NCBI GenBank assembly: GCA_963703225.1
Contig: OY969801.1
Coordinates: 2,496,001 to 2,560,000 of the forward strand
Direction of reading: 5' to 3'
DNA length: 64,000 nucleotides
Source: Candidatus Eiseniibacteriota bacterium
GTDB lineage: Bacteria; Eisenbacteria; RBG-16-71-46; SZUA-252
Shown: piece after piece, positions 1 to 9,105 of the stretch
How positions within the stretch are numbered: position 1 is the stretch's first letter
How the letters are laid out: each line of letters opens with the position of its first letter
Notes under the pieces: model-generated
What the model was told of the DNA's origin: nothing
What the model saw: the letters and a program-made list of their open reading frames with translations, nothing else
Database searches by the model: none
Translations under genes and position numbers: made by a program

Positions 1-654
1 GCGACCACGGCCGGCGGCCGCTGGGCGCGCCGCAGGAGCCTCTTCAGCCCGATGATGTCCTCGGCGCGGCGCACGAACGAGAGCGCCACGCCGTCGACCC
101 CCATGGAGAGGCCAAACGTCGACGTCGGCGCGGTCCTTGGGGGTCGAGGAGGCCGCGCTCAGCCGGACACCCGGAAAGTTGACGCCCTTGTGGTCGGCGA
201 TCTCGCCGCCCGCGACGACCCGGCAGCGGAGCCCGTCGCGGCCCTTACTCGTCACGCGGAGCTCCACCAGCCCGTCGGCGATCAGAACCCGGTCTCCCAC
301 CGTGACGTCGCGCATGAGGCCCGTGTAGACGATCGGGACCCGGCGCGCGGTCCCGAGGACGCGCCGCGCGGTGACGGTGACCTCGTCACCCGTGCCCAGC
401 CGGACGACGCCGCCCTCAAACTCTCCCACGCGGAGCCGCGGTCCCTGCAGGTCGAGCAGGAGTCCGACGTGCTTTCCGATCCGCTTGGAGGCCGCGCGGA
501 TGCGGCGGATGGCGCGGGAATGGTCTCGGTAGGTGCCGTGGGAAAAATTGAGGCGCGCGACATCCATCCCGGCGCGGATCATCCGGGCGAGGACGGCGGG
601 GTCGGACGAGGCCGGCCCGATGGTGGCGATGATCTTGGTACGGCGCGAGGACAC
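1..654 (-). CDS. pyk: Pyruvate kinase, N-terminal part (runs off window start)
   Basis: Not in the ORF track. Manual translation from GTG at 654 gives MSSRRTKIIATIGPASSDPAVLARMIRAGMDVARLNFSHG, the pyruvate kinase N-terminal signature. The start overlaps the upstream stop (TAGTG). Confidence 0.93.
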   Translation of the reverse strand, partial: MSSRRTKIIATIGPASSDPAVLARMIRAGMDVARLNFSHGTYRDHSRAIRRIRAASKRIGKHVGLLLDLQGPRLRVGEFEGGVVRLGTGDEVTVTARRVLGTARRVPIVYTGLMRDVTVGDRVLIADGLVELRVTSKGRDGLRCRVVAGGEIADHKGVNFPGVRLSAASSTPKDRADVDVWPLHGGRRRGALVRAPRRGHHRAEEAPAARPAAAGRGR

Positions 655-1583
655 TAGACGGCGAGCGTCGCCATGACCTCCTCCGCGTGCCCCTCGACCT
701 TGACGCGGCGGAAGACGTTCTCCACCCGCCCTTCGCGGTCGACCACGAACGTGGTCCGCTCGATCCCCCAGTAGCTGCGGCCGTACAGATTCTTCTCCTT
801 GTACGTCCCGTACTGGCGCGACACCGCGGCATCCACGTCCGCGAGCAGCGGGAAGGGGAGGTTGTATTTCTGCGCGAAGCGCTGGTGGCTCAACTCATCG
901 TCGAGGCTGATTCCGAGCACGACCGCGCCCTTGCTCTGGATCCGCGGGAGGTTGTCCCGGAACGCGCATGCTTCCATGGTGCAGCCGGGCGTGTCGTCCT
1001 TGGGATAGAAATAGAGGATCACGCGCTTCCCGCGGAACTCGGAAAGCGAGACCTTCCGTCCCAGCGTGCTCGGCAGGGAGAACTCGGGCGCCATCATCCC
1101 CACGGTCAGGCTCTCGCCCGGCCAATCGGGGGACCCGGGCTTGGCCGCGGAACGGCGCCGTGAGGGTGCCCCGGGGATGTTGACCGGCGGCTCCCTGTAG
1201 GTGCTCATCGTGGGCTCGGTCTCGAATTCCAGCGTCCCTTGCATCCCCTCGCCGTACCGCGAGCCGGAACGCGCGACCATCTTCGGCTTGATGATGGTCG
1301 GGGTCTTGACCCCCTTGGCGGCCTTCTCGACCGTCTTGACCGGCAGCTTCATCTTCGCGGCCGCCTTGGGCCGCGCCGCCGAGCGGGACTTGGGCTTCTG
1401 GGCCGTGCGTCCCTTGGCCGGGCTGGACTTGGAGCTTGTCTTGGGGCGGGCCGCAGGTTTCCTTCTGGCGCTTCCCTTCGCCTTCGTGGCCACCGGTCGC
1501 TTCCTCTTTATTTGTTTGTGGGATTTTGACTTACGGGACTTGGCCGATCTCTTGGGCCTGCGAGCCGAGGGCTTCCTCGCCAT
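654..1583 (-). CDS. bcp: Bcp/PrxQ peroxiredoxin with long Lys/Arg/Ala/Ser-rich N-terminal extension
   Basis: YFYPKDDTPGCTMEAC (PxxxTxxC plus CxxxxC) and GIERTTF motifs; about 155 extra N-terminal residues; GGGAG upstream of ATG 1583. Confidence 0.9.
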   Translation of the reverse strand: MARKPSARRPKRSAKSRKSKSHKQIKRKRPVATKAKGSARRKPAARPKTSSKSSPAKGRTAQKPKSRSAARPKAAAKMKLPVKTVEKAAKGVKTPTIIKPKMVARSGSRYGEGMQGTLEFETEPTMSTYREPPVNIPGAPSRRRSAAKPGSPDWPGESLTVGMMAPEFSLPSTLGRKVSLSEFRGKRVILYFYPKDDTPGCTMEACAFRDNLPRIQSKGAVVLGISLDDELSHQRFAQKYNLPFPLLADVDAAVSRQYGTYKEKNLYGRSYWGIERTTFVVDREGRVENVFRRVKVEGHAEEVMATLAV

Positions 1584-1710
1584 TGGAGGGATCTCCCGAT
1601 TCGATGGACGGGCCGAAATCGCTACCCTTCGGGCCGCATCCTAGCCGCAGTTGGCGCCCGGTTCAAGCGGGGTCATCGGGGGGCCACGAGGCCGGAAAAG
1701 CCGACCGGAG

Positions 1711-2601
1711 CTAGTTGGTCAGCCGCGAGTTCGAAAAGACCGCTTCGTCCATCGTCGCCGGCGCCGAGACGTTCTCGAACCGGAGCATGACCGGTTTTCC
1801 TTCGAACCGGCGGGCCAGCGAGAGCTGGAGCGGCCCGATCGACGTCCACGATTCCCATGTGGAGCCTTGCGGCGGGGGCTTCTGGCCTGTGAGCACGTAC
1901 TCCCACTTGTCGATCAGGTGGCTCTTCGTGTTCACGTGGATCCAGTACCTGTCCTGAGGCGTGAGCCCCACGTTCTGCGCGAACGACAGCTCCATCACGT
2001 CGTAGGTCCCGCCGTTTGCTTCTTCGGTGCGGACGTGCTTCAGGCGCGTGCCGGGATCGTGCAACTTGAACGGCATGATGATCCAGTAGGTGTCGTTCAC
2101 CCACCGCTCGTAGCCGTTCTGGATGATGGCGGCGATATTGGTCGAGTCGGTATCGACGATCCCGTCGGTGAAGGCCTTCCCCTTCTTGTCCGACAGATTG
2201 AAAATCGCGGTGACCACCCGGCCCTGATCGTCGGGCCCTTCCACTCGACACCGGCCCCTCTTCTTGTCCCACCAGTGCTTGAATCGCGCGACCTCTTTCC
2301 CGTCCCGGACGACGACGAAGTCGAACCGGAAATAGGGAAGGTTGTCCCAGGTCGCCTGGCCACCCATGGCGTCGGTGAGCTCCTTGACGCAGGCCGCGGA
2401 AGGTCCGTCGCACTGGGAGGGCGGAGGCTCGGCCGCCTTGGTCGGCGGCGTCTTGGTCGGCGGCGTCTTGGGTGCCGGTGTCTTGGCCGGTGGGGTCTTG
2501 GCCGCGGGAGCCGCGTGGGCGACCGAGCCGGCCGCCGAGATGATCCCGATCGCCGCGAGGGATGTGAAAGCGCTGCGGAGCGAGGAAGCGCGCGCCGGCA
2601 T
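1711..2601 (-). CDS. Secreted hypothetical protein with KTPP-repeat linker
   Basis: Signal-peptide-like N-terminus ending AHA, Pro/Lys/Thr repeats, then a Trp/beta-rich domain. ATG overlaps the upstream stop (TGATG). Confidence 0.7.
   Translation of the reverse strand: MPARASSLRSAFTSLAAIGIISAAGSVAHAAPAAKTPPAKTPAPKTPPTKTPPTKAAEPPPSQCDGPSAACVKELTDAMGGQATWDNLPYFRFDFVVVRDGKEVARFKHWWDKKRGRCRVEGPDDQGRVVTAIFNLSDKKGKAFTDGIVDTDSTNIAAIIQNGYERWVNDTYWIIMPFKLHDPGTRLKHVRTEEANGGTYDVMELSFAQNVGLTPQDRYWIHVNTKSHLIDKWEYVLTGQKPPPQGSTWESWTSIGPLQLSLARRFEGKPVMLRFENVSAPATMDEAVFSNSRLTN
2437..2511. repeat. Five degenerate 15-bp tandem repeats encoding (A/T/P)KTPP-like units
   Basis: CTTGGTCGGCGGCGT twice exactly, then CTTGGGTGCCGGTGT, CTTGGCCGGTGGGGT, CTTGGCCGCGGGAGC. 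Confidence 0.85.
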
Positions 2602-3086
2602 CACCGGAGCCCCTTTAGAATCTCGATCAGTTTGGCCTGATCGGGTAGCTTACCGATCTCGTGGATCTCGATGTCGCGGATGATCCCCTTCGTGTCGATC
2701 ACGATGGTGGCGCGTTCCGAGTATCCCTCCGGACGGAGGATCCCGTACTTCTGAGCCACCTCGCCGTGCGGGTAGAAGTCGGCCAGCATCGGGTAGTCGA
2801 TGCCGCCGAGCTGTTCCGCCCATGCCCGATGGGCGGGCACCGAATCGACCGAGATGCCGAGGACCTGCGAGTTCAGCCCGTCGAACGTCTGTCGCTCCTT
2901 GCTGTATCCCGGCATCTGCACGGCGCAAACGGACGTGAAGGCGAGCGGGTGGAATATGAGGACGACGTTCTTCTTTCCCGCAAACGAGGAGAGCGTGACC
3001 TTGTTGCCGCTCTGATCGGCGAGCGTGAAGTCGGGTGCCTTGTCGCCCACCTTGACCGTCGTGGTCCGCGCCATCGTGGCTTCCAT
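2601..3086 (-). CDS. 1-Cys peroxiredoxin (AhpE-like / AhpC-TSA family)
   Basis: VGDKAPDFTL, FHPLAFTSVC (peroxidatic Cys, the only Cys), GISVDS, SERAT. Confidence 0.88.
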   Translation of the reverse strand: MEATMARTTTVKVGDKAPDFTLADQSGNKVTLSSFAGKKNVVLIFHPLAFTSVCAVQMPGYSKERQTFDGLNSQVLGISVDSVPAHRAWAEQLGGIDYPMLADFYPHGEVAQKYGILRPEGYSERATIVIDTKGIIRDIEIHEIGKLPDQAKLIEILKGLR

Positions 3087-3136
3087 CTCCTCATCTCCTT
3101 CTGGGTAACTGGGGGCTCAGGCGTCCGACCCCGGGG

Positions 3137-4400
3137 CTACTCGGCGGCGACCGGATTCGTCTGCGCGACCGCTTTGCGCTCCAGCGTCTCGGGATCGTTG
3201 ACCCCCCGCTGGACTTCCTTCGGAATGTAGTCGAGCAGGTACTTCAACGAGAGCGCCTCTTTGACGAGCGCGCGGGCGACCACCAGGCGCTGCACCTGGT
3301 TCGTCCCCTCGTAGATCTGCGTGATCTTGGCGTCGCGCATGTACTTCTCGATCGGATAGTCCCGCATGTAGCCGTAGCCGCCGAAGATCTGGACCGCGTT
3401 GGTGGTGACCTCCATCGCCACGTCGGTGGCGAAGAGCTTGCACATCGCGCTGAGCTTGGAGACGTTGGGGGCGCCGCCGTCCACCGCCATCGCGGCGACG
3501 TAGACGAGGTTTCGCGCGGCCTCGACCTTGGTGGCCATGTCGGCGAGCATCGCCTGGATCATCTGGAACGACGAGATCGGGGCGCCGAACTGCTCGCGGT
3601 GCCCGGCGTAGACCATGGCGTACTCCAGCGCGCCCTGCGCGAGCCCGACCGCCTGGGCGGCCACGCCGGGGCGCGCCTTGTCGAGCGTCATCATCGCGTG
3701 CTTGAAGCCCATTCCCGGGGTCTCGCCCAGGAGGTTCTTCGCGGGAACGCGGCAGTCGTCGAAGTGGATCTCCACGACGGGGACGCAGCGGATCCCCATC
3801 TTGTCCTCGACCTTCCCGATCTTGAAGCCGGGCATCCCCTTTTCGAGCATGAGGGCGCTGGTCCGGCGCGACCTCGACTCGGGATCGGTGACGCAGAAGA
3901 CCGTGTAGATGTCGGCCGCGCCGCCGTTGGTGTTCCACTTCTTCTCGCCGTTCAGGACGTAGTGGTCGCCCTGCTTGACCGCCGCGGCGTGGAGGCTCGC
4001 GGCGTCGCTGCCGGCGAATTTCTCGGAGAGGCCGAAGGAGATGAGCTTCTCGCCCTTGGCGATGGGGGTGAGCCAGCGGTGCTTCTGCTCTTCCGTGCCG
4101 CCCACCAGGAGCGGAAACGTCCCGAGGGCGTTCACGGCGTAGAGCACGCCCACGCCGCCGCACGCGCGCGACAGCTCCTCGACGCAGACGCAGAGGTCGA
4201 GCACGCCGCCGCCCGCTCCGCCGTACTCCTTGGGAATCCAGACCCCGAGAAGGCCCGCCTTGGCGATCTCGTCCTTGATCTCCCAGGGGTATTCCTGGGC
4301 CTTGTCGTACTTGGCCGCGTTGGGGCGGACGTACTTCTCGGCGATCTCGCGAGCCCGCTCGCGCCACATCAGAGTTTTGCGAGGATAGGATGCCGGACAC
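3137..4400 (-). CDS. Acyl-CoA dehydrogenase (probable 1-bp indel near 4372)
   Basis: FGLSEKFAGSDA, LNGEKKW, REQFG, QIFGGYGY, QIYEGTNQVQR. The likely start GTG 4400 (MSGILSSQN) is out of frame with the body (LMWRERAR). Confidence 0.9.
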
Positions 4401-4520
4401 AAAACCCCCGAGGTGGATGTGTCGAATGTGGACCCGAGAGGGCCGAACGAACCAAGCGGGCCCCGTGGGGCCGCGGACCTGATCGCCGCTCCGGCGCGAA
4501 AAAACCGGGCGGAAACCAGA

Positions 4521-5183
4521 TTATTCCCTATGTCGCCGGCGTTTGCCACCCCGAGTTTTCGGGCCGGGAACCGCTCCGGGCGTCACGAAGCGGGACCCGG
4601 CCTCGTAGAACCGCCAGGGCATCAGGTCCCAGGGGGGAGCCGCGGTCTGGCAGCCAATCCGCGCCGAGCGCGCGACGCGCGCGTCGGGCAGCGGCTCTCC
4701 CGGCTCGATCGAGATCGCGGGCCCGCGCAGATCGCTCCCGTTATGGCGCAGGTCGAGGCCAAACGCCTGGCAGAGCTTGGCGGGGCCGCTGGCGAGATGG
4801 TGCGGCTCGACCGGCGACTGGCCCCCCCATCCGCGACCACGGGCCATTCGCTCGAGTCCCGAGAGCGGCTCCGCGGCTCGGATCAGGACCGCGGCGGGCC
4901 GACCGGCCGGCTCGGTGACCGCGTTCAGCAAATGATGCATGCCGTAGGTGAGATAGACGTACGCGAGGCCAGGCGGGCCGTAGAGAACCTCGGTCCGGTG
5001 CGTTCGTCCCGCGCGGGCGTGGCAGGCCTGGTCCTCCTCCCCCACGTAGGCCTCCACCTCGACGATCCGGCCGCGGAGCGTCGCGCCGTCGCCGACGCGG
5101 CGGACGAGCACGCATCCGAGGAGCTCTCGCGCGACGGTCAGCGTGTCGCGGGCATAGAACGAGCGAGGAAGCGGTCGGGGCAT
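4521..5183 (-). CDS. mpg: DNA-3-methyladenine glycosylase (Mpg/AAG family)
   Basis: LPRSFYARD, GRIVEVEAY, YVYLTYGMH, AVLIRA, SGPAKLCQA, RIG, PWRF. Start trimmed to ATG 5183. Confidence 0.92.
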   Translation of the reverse strand: MPRPLPRSFYARDTLTVARELLGCVLVRRVGDGATLRGRIVEVEAYVGEEDQACHARAGRTHRTEVLYGPPGLAYVYLTYGMHHLLNAVTEPAGRPAAVLIRAAEPLSGLERMARGRGWGGQSPVEPHHLASGPAKLCQAFGLDLRHNGSDLRGPAISIEPGEPLPDARVARSARIGCQTAAPPWDLMPWRFYEAGSRFVTPGAVPGPKTRGGKRRRHRE

Positions 5184-5199
5184 CCGGAGATTGTACCGG

Positions 5200-5228
5200 T
5201 TGACCCTCGTGGAGGGCGTTCCTAGAAT
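5200..5228 (+). promoter_or_regulatory. Sigma70-type promoter for the MFS gene
   Basis: TTGACC-N17-TAGAAT upstream of GTG 5271. Confidence 0.6.
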
Positions 5229-5270
5229 GCCGCGGTGACGCGCCTCTCGAGCAGGCCGTCCTGACCGCAC

Positions 5271-6477
5271 GTGGGACCCCGGGTCGTTCTCTTCCTCACC
5301 GTCTTCATCCACCTCGTAGGGTTCGGTCTTCTTCTCCCCCTGCTCCCCTACTACGCCGAGACGTACGGCGCGACGGGGCTCGCCGTCGGCCTTCTGAACA
5401 CGTCGTTTTCCTTCATGCAGTTTCTCTCCGCGCCGTTTTGGGGACGGCTCTCCGATCGGGTCGGACGGAGGCCGGTCATCCTCGTGAGCTTGGTCGCGAC
5501 CGCCGCCTCCTACCTGGTCTTCGGCCTCGCGACGTCGCTCCCGGTTCTCTTCGCGTCGCGGATCTTCGCGGGCATCGCCGGGGGCGTCATCCCGACGGCG
5601 CAAGCCTACATCGCCGACACCACCACCCCCGCCGAGCGGACCAAGGGCATGGGGCTCGATCGGCGCGGCGTTCGGCCTCGGCTTCATCTTCGGTCCGGCG
5701 ATCGGCGGGGTGCTGAGCCGCTACGGGTACTCGATCCCCGCGTTCGCGGCCGCGGGCTTGGCGCTTCTGGCCGCGCTCTGCGCGGCGTTCCTCCTCCCGG
5801 AGTCGCACCCGAAGGCCGCGCGCTTGGCCGCGGCGAAGCGCTCCCTCATCCCGGCCCTTCCCCTCGCGGTCCTACGGCGGCCTGCGGTGGGTACGGTTCT
5901 GCTCCTCTTCTTCCTCGGCACGCTCTGCTTCTCGGCGCTCGAGGGAACCTTCGCGCTCTTCGGCGAGCATCGGTACCAGATCGGACCGAGCCATGTCGGG
6001 TACGTGTTCGCGCTGGTGGGAACGCTCTCCGCCACGATGCAGCTGGGATTTGTCGGATGGCTCGCGCGGCGCTTTGGCGAGCGCGCCCTGGTTCTCGCGG
6101 GATTCCTCGCGATCGCCACGGGCATGATCGGCGCGGGGATCGGCCCGCCGCTTCCGCTCATGCTGGCCGCCATGGGCGTGGTCGCGATTGGAAACGGCCT
6201 CACCGCTCCTTCCCTCGCGGGGCTCGTCTCGATCGCGACGAGCCGGGAGGATCAGGGCGAAACGCTCGGAGCCTATCAGTCGCTCGGGAGCCTCGGACGA
6301 TCGGCCGGACCATTCCTGGGAGGCCTCGCCTTTGACCATCTGGGAGTGGGAAGCCCCTTCTGGCTGGGCGGCATCGTCACCGCCCTCTCCTGCTTCCTCG
6401 CATGGAAGCTCCCCCGGAGGCGGGCCAAGACCGTCGATATGAGCCCGACCGCCGCCTCCCAGACCGATGCAAGCTGA
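5271..6477 (+). CDS. MFS transporter, TetA/DHA1-like (frameshift near 5658)
   Basis: GRLSDRVGRRPV motif A in the first ORF. The second half is in another frame (5710-6477). Removing one base restores GMGLIGAAFGLGFIFGP (motif C). Confidence 0.88.
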
Positions 6478-6534
6478 TTACCAGGAGCAGCTTTCGCCCG
6501 GCCGCACGACCCCCGGCGGGCGAACCCACCCTGG

Positions 6535-6545
6535 TACTTAGGTAG
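6535..6545 (+). promoter_or_regulatory. Candidate regulator site TACTTAGGTAG (copy 1)
   Basis: Near-palindrome TACTTAGGTA in intergenic DNA. The identical 11-mer occurs at 50696-50706 on the minus strand. Confidence 0.4.
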
Positions 6546-6613
6546 GCATTTCCCTTCCGTAAGCCCTTCTTCCCGTTCAGGAAGGCATCCCTTCCAGCCG
6601 AATAACAAGATGT

Positions 6614-7285
6614 ATGAAAGCAGGAATCGGCTTCGCCATCGCGCTCCTCCTGAGCGCCGCCCCCGCCGTTGCCGACGGAGGCGCGATTCACGGCGTCGTG
6701 CGCGTCCCCCCCGAATCGTCCGGAGGCGGCCGCACGCCCAATCCCTATCCGGGCCGCGCGTCCTCGCTCCAGCAGCGCGAGATCGCCGCGCGGGGCTCGA
6801 TCGCCGACGCGGTCGTCTACGTCGAAGCGCTCCCCGCGGGCGTCGATTCGACGTTGCCCCACGCTCGCGAGACCCCGGCGATGGAGCAGCGGAACCAGGC
6901 CTTTCTCCCCCGCGTGGTCGTGGTTTCCGCCGGGGGGACCGTCGCCTTCCCCAACCGGGACCCCATCTTCCACAACGTGTTCAGCGTTTCTCCGGTGAAG
7001 CGCTTTGATCTCGGCCGCTACGTGCGAGGCAAGTCGAAGAGCGTCACGTTCAGCAAGGCGGGGTTGGTGAACGTCTACTGCGAGATCCACTCCGACATGG
7101 CCGGCTTCATCCTCGTGACCCCGAACCGCGCGTTCGCCCAGCCTGACTCCAACGGTCAATACTCGCTGCCCCGGCTTCCACCCGGGCAGTACAGCGTGGT
7201 CGCGTGGCACCCTGACCTCAAATCCGTACACCGGACGGTGCAGGTCACCGACAGCACCGACGTGGTGCTCGACCTGAGCTTTTGA
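6614..7285 (+). CDS. Secreted cupredoxin-like protein with carboxypeptidase-regulatory-like beta domain (MauL-like)
   Basis: Signal peptide (AVA); FPNRDPIFHNVFS and YCEIHSDM supply a His/Cys/His/Met type-1 copper ligand set; GQYSLPRLPPGQY. Confidence 0.8.
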   Translation: MKAGIGFAIALLLSAAPAVADGGAIHGVVRVPPESSGGGRTPNPYPGRASSLQQREIAARGSIADAVVYVEALPAGVDSTLPHARETPAMEQRNQAFLPRVVVVSAGGTVAFPNRDPIFHNVFSVSPVKRFDLGRYVRGKSKSVTFSKAGLVNVYCEIHSDMAGFILVTPNRAFAQPDSNGQYSLPRLPPGQYSVVAWHPDLKSVHRTVQVTDSTDVVLDLSF

Positions 7286-9105
7286 TGGCGATGAGAATCT
7301 CCCTCCGCGCCAAGATCTTGCTATTCACCGTCCCTCCCCTCGTGGCCCTCGCGATCGCAGCGATCTGGGTGGTGAACCGCACCATCTCCTCGGAAGTGCA
7401 CCGGAACATCGAGGACGATCTGAAGCGGGCCTCGACGCTCTTCGAGGGGATCCTCGCCACGCGGTCGGAGCACCTGGCAGTCTCGGGGATGGTGATCGTG
7501 CAGGATCCGCGGTTCTTCTCGGTCCTGACGCTTCCCGGCTCGCCGGCCGATCCGGAGCTCCGGGCGACGGTCGCCGGCGTGGCGAACTCGTTCGACTCGA
7601 TCACGCAGACCGATCTCTTCGAAGTCTTCGACGGACGGGGCAACTCGCTCACGTCCCTCGCGTCGGGGCGGTGGTCGGAGCGGTCGCTCAAGCCTTTCGT
7701 CGAGTCAGCGCTCTCCGGCAGCCAGCGGGTCGGGATCCTGGCGGGCCCCGAGCACAACTACCAGGTCTCCGCCACGCCCGTGCTGGTGGGACGGCGCGTG
7801 GTCGGAGTCCTCCTGCTGGGGGACCTGATCGGTCCCGAGCTGGCGGAGGGACTCAAGAACACCACGAGAAGCGAGGTGACGTTCCTCACGGGCGGACGGA
7901 TCACGGGGAGCACGCTGGAGCATCCGCGCGACACCGACGCCGTCCTGGAAGCGCTCCGGACGGCCGATGCGCACCTCATGGCCGAAGGCACGATCTTAGA
8001 GGTGCGGGGACACGCCCACGAATACGTGACGCTGTTGCGGATGCTGCCTGAATCCGATCCCCAAGCGCCCCAGTTCTACGCGCTGCAGCGCTCGCTCGAC
8101 GTCGAAACCGCCTTTCTTCGATCCATGCAGAGCCGGCTGATGGAGCTGGGCGGACTGGCCGCGCTGGCGGCGCTCTTGGCTGGGCTCCTCATCTCGTCGC
8201 GAATCACGTCGCCCGTGCGCCGCCTGGTTCGAGGCGCCGAGGAGATGGAGCGCGGCAACTACGATTTCCCGATCGACGTCACCGCGCGGGACGAAATTGG
8301 GTACCTCGCTTCGCGCTTCCAGGACATGCGCGAGAAACAGCGGGCCTACGTCTCGAGTCTCGAGGAAGTCGCGCGGCTCAAGACCGAGTTCATCAGCGTC
8401 ACCTCCCACGAGCTCCGCACGCCACTCAGCGTCATCCGCGGATACCACGAGCTCTTCGTCGGGGAGAAGCTCGGTCCCTTGACGGCTCCGCAGAAGGAGG
8501 CGCTCCTCGCGATCGGCGATTGCACCGGGACGCTGAACCGGATCGCGGAGGACGCGACGCGGGTCGCCCAGATCGAAGGCGATCGGCTCCAGCTGAGCCT
8601 GGGAGAGCGGTCGGTCGACGGCCTGATCCGGCGCTCGGTCGATCGAGCCAAAGCCGAGGCGAAGGGGCGGACGGTGACCGTGAAGATTCGGCCGCCGCAG
8701 GGGAATCTGACGATCCGGGCGGACATGTCCCGTCTCAGCGAGGCGCTCACGAACCTGATCACGAACGGAATTCGCTTTACCCCCGACGGCGGCACGGTCG
8801 AGGTCGGCGCCAGGTCCGAGGGTGGCGAGGTGCTGATCGACGTCGCCGATACGGGAATCGGGATTCCCGCCGATCAGCAGAAGCACCTCTTCGCCCGCCC
8901 GCTCATGCTCCGGAACTCCCAGAACCATCACTCGTCGGCGACGCTGGAGTTCAACTCGGCGGGACTGGGGCTCGGCCTCTCGATCGCCCTCGGCATCGTG
9001 CAGAGACACGGGGGCACGATCCAGGTTCAGAGCAGGGAAGGAAAGGGAAGCGTCTTTACGGTCCGGCTACCTCAGATGGACCTCACAGCAAGGGAGGCTG
9101 CGTGA
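7285..9105 (+). CDS. Membrane sensor histidine kinase (periplasmic sensor, HAMP, HisKA, HATPase)
   Basis: Two TM segments; RDEIGYLA (HAMP); SHELRTPL; NLITNGIRFT; DTGIGI; GLGLGLSI. Confidence 0.93.
   Translation: MAMRISLRAKILLFTVPPLVALAIAAIWVVNRTISSEVHRNIEDDLKRASTLFEGILATRSEHLAVSGMVIVQDPRFFSVLTLPGSPADPELRATVAGVANSFDSITQTDLFEVFDGRGNSLTSLASGRWSERSLKPFVESALSGSQRVGILAGPEHNYQVSATPVLVGRRVVGVLLLGDLIGPELAEGLKNTTRSEVTFLTGGRITGSTLEHPRDTDAVLEALRTADAHLMAEGTILEVRGHAHEYVTLLRMLPESDPQAPQFYALQRSLDVETAFLRSMQSRLMELGGLAALAALLAGLLISSRITSPVRRLVRGAEEMERGNYDFPIDVTARDEIGYLASRFQDMREKQRAYVSSLEEVARLKTEFISVTSHELRTPLSVIRGYHELFVGEKLGPLTAPQKEALLAIGDCTGTLNRIAEDATRVAQIEGDRLQLSLGERSVDGLIRRSVDRAKAEAKGRTVTVKIRPPQGNLTIRADMSRLSEALTNLITNGIRFTPDGGTVEVGARSEGGEVLIDVADTGIGIPADQQKHLFARPLMLRNSQNHHSSATLEFNSAGLGLGLSIALGIVQRHGGTIQVQSREGKGSVFTVRLPQMDLTAREAA

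Noticed and set aside
52..657. 201-aa plus-strand ORF
   Set aside because: Antisense shadow of pyruvate kinase, which the ORF track missed because it runs off the window.
2437..2511. Tandem repeats as a possible CRISPR array
   Set aside because: 15-bp in-frame coding repeats with no spacers and no cas genes.
8520..9101. N-terminal 194 aa of the 595-aa ORF 8520-10307
   Set aside because: Overlaps the kinase in another frame; the porin signal peptide begins at about 9102-9129.
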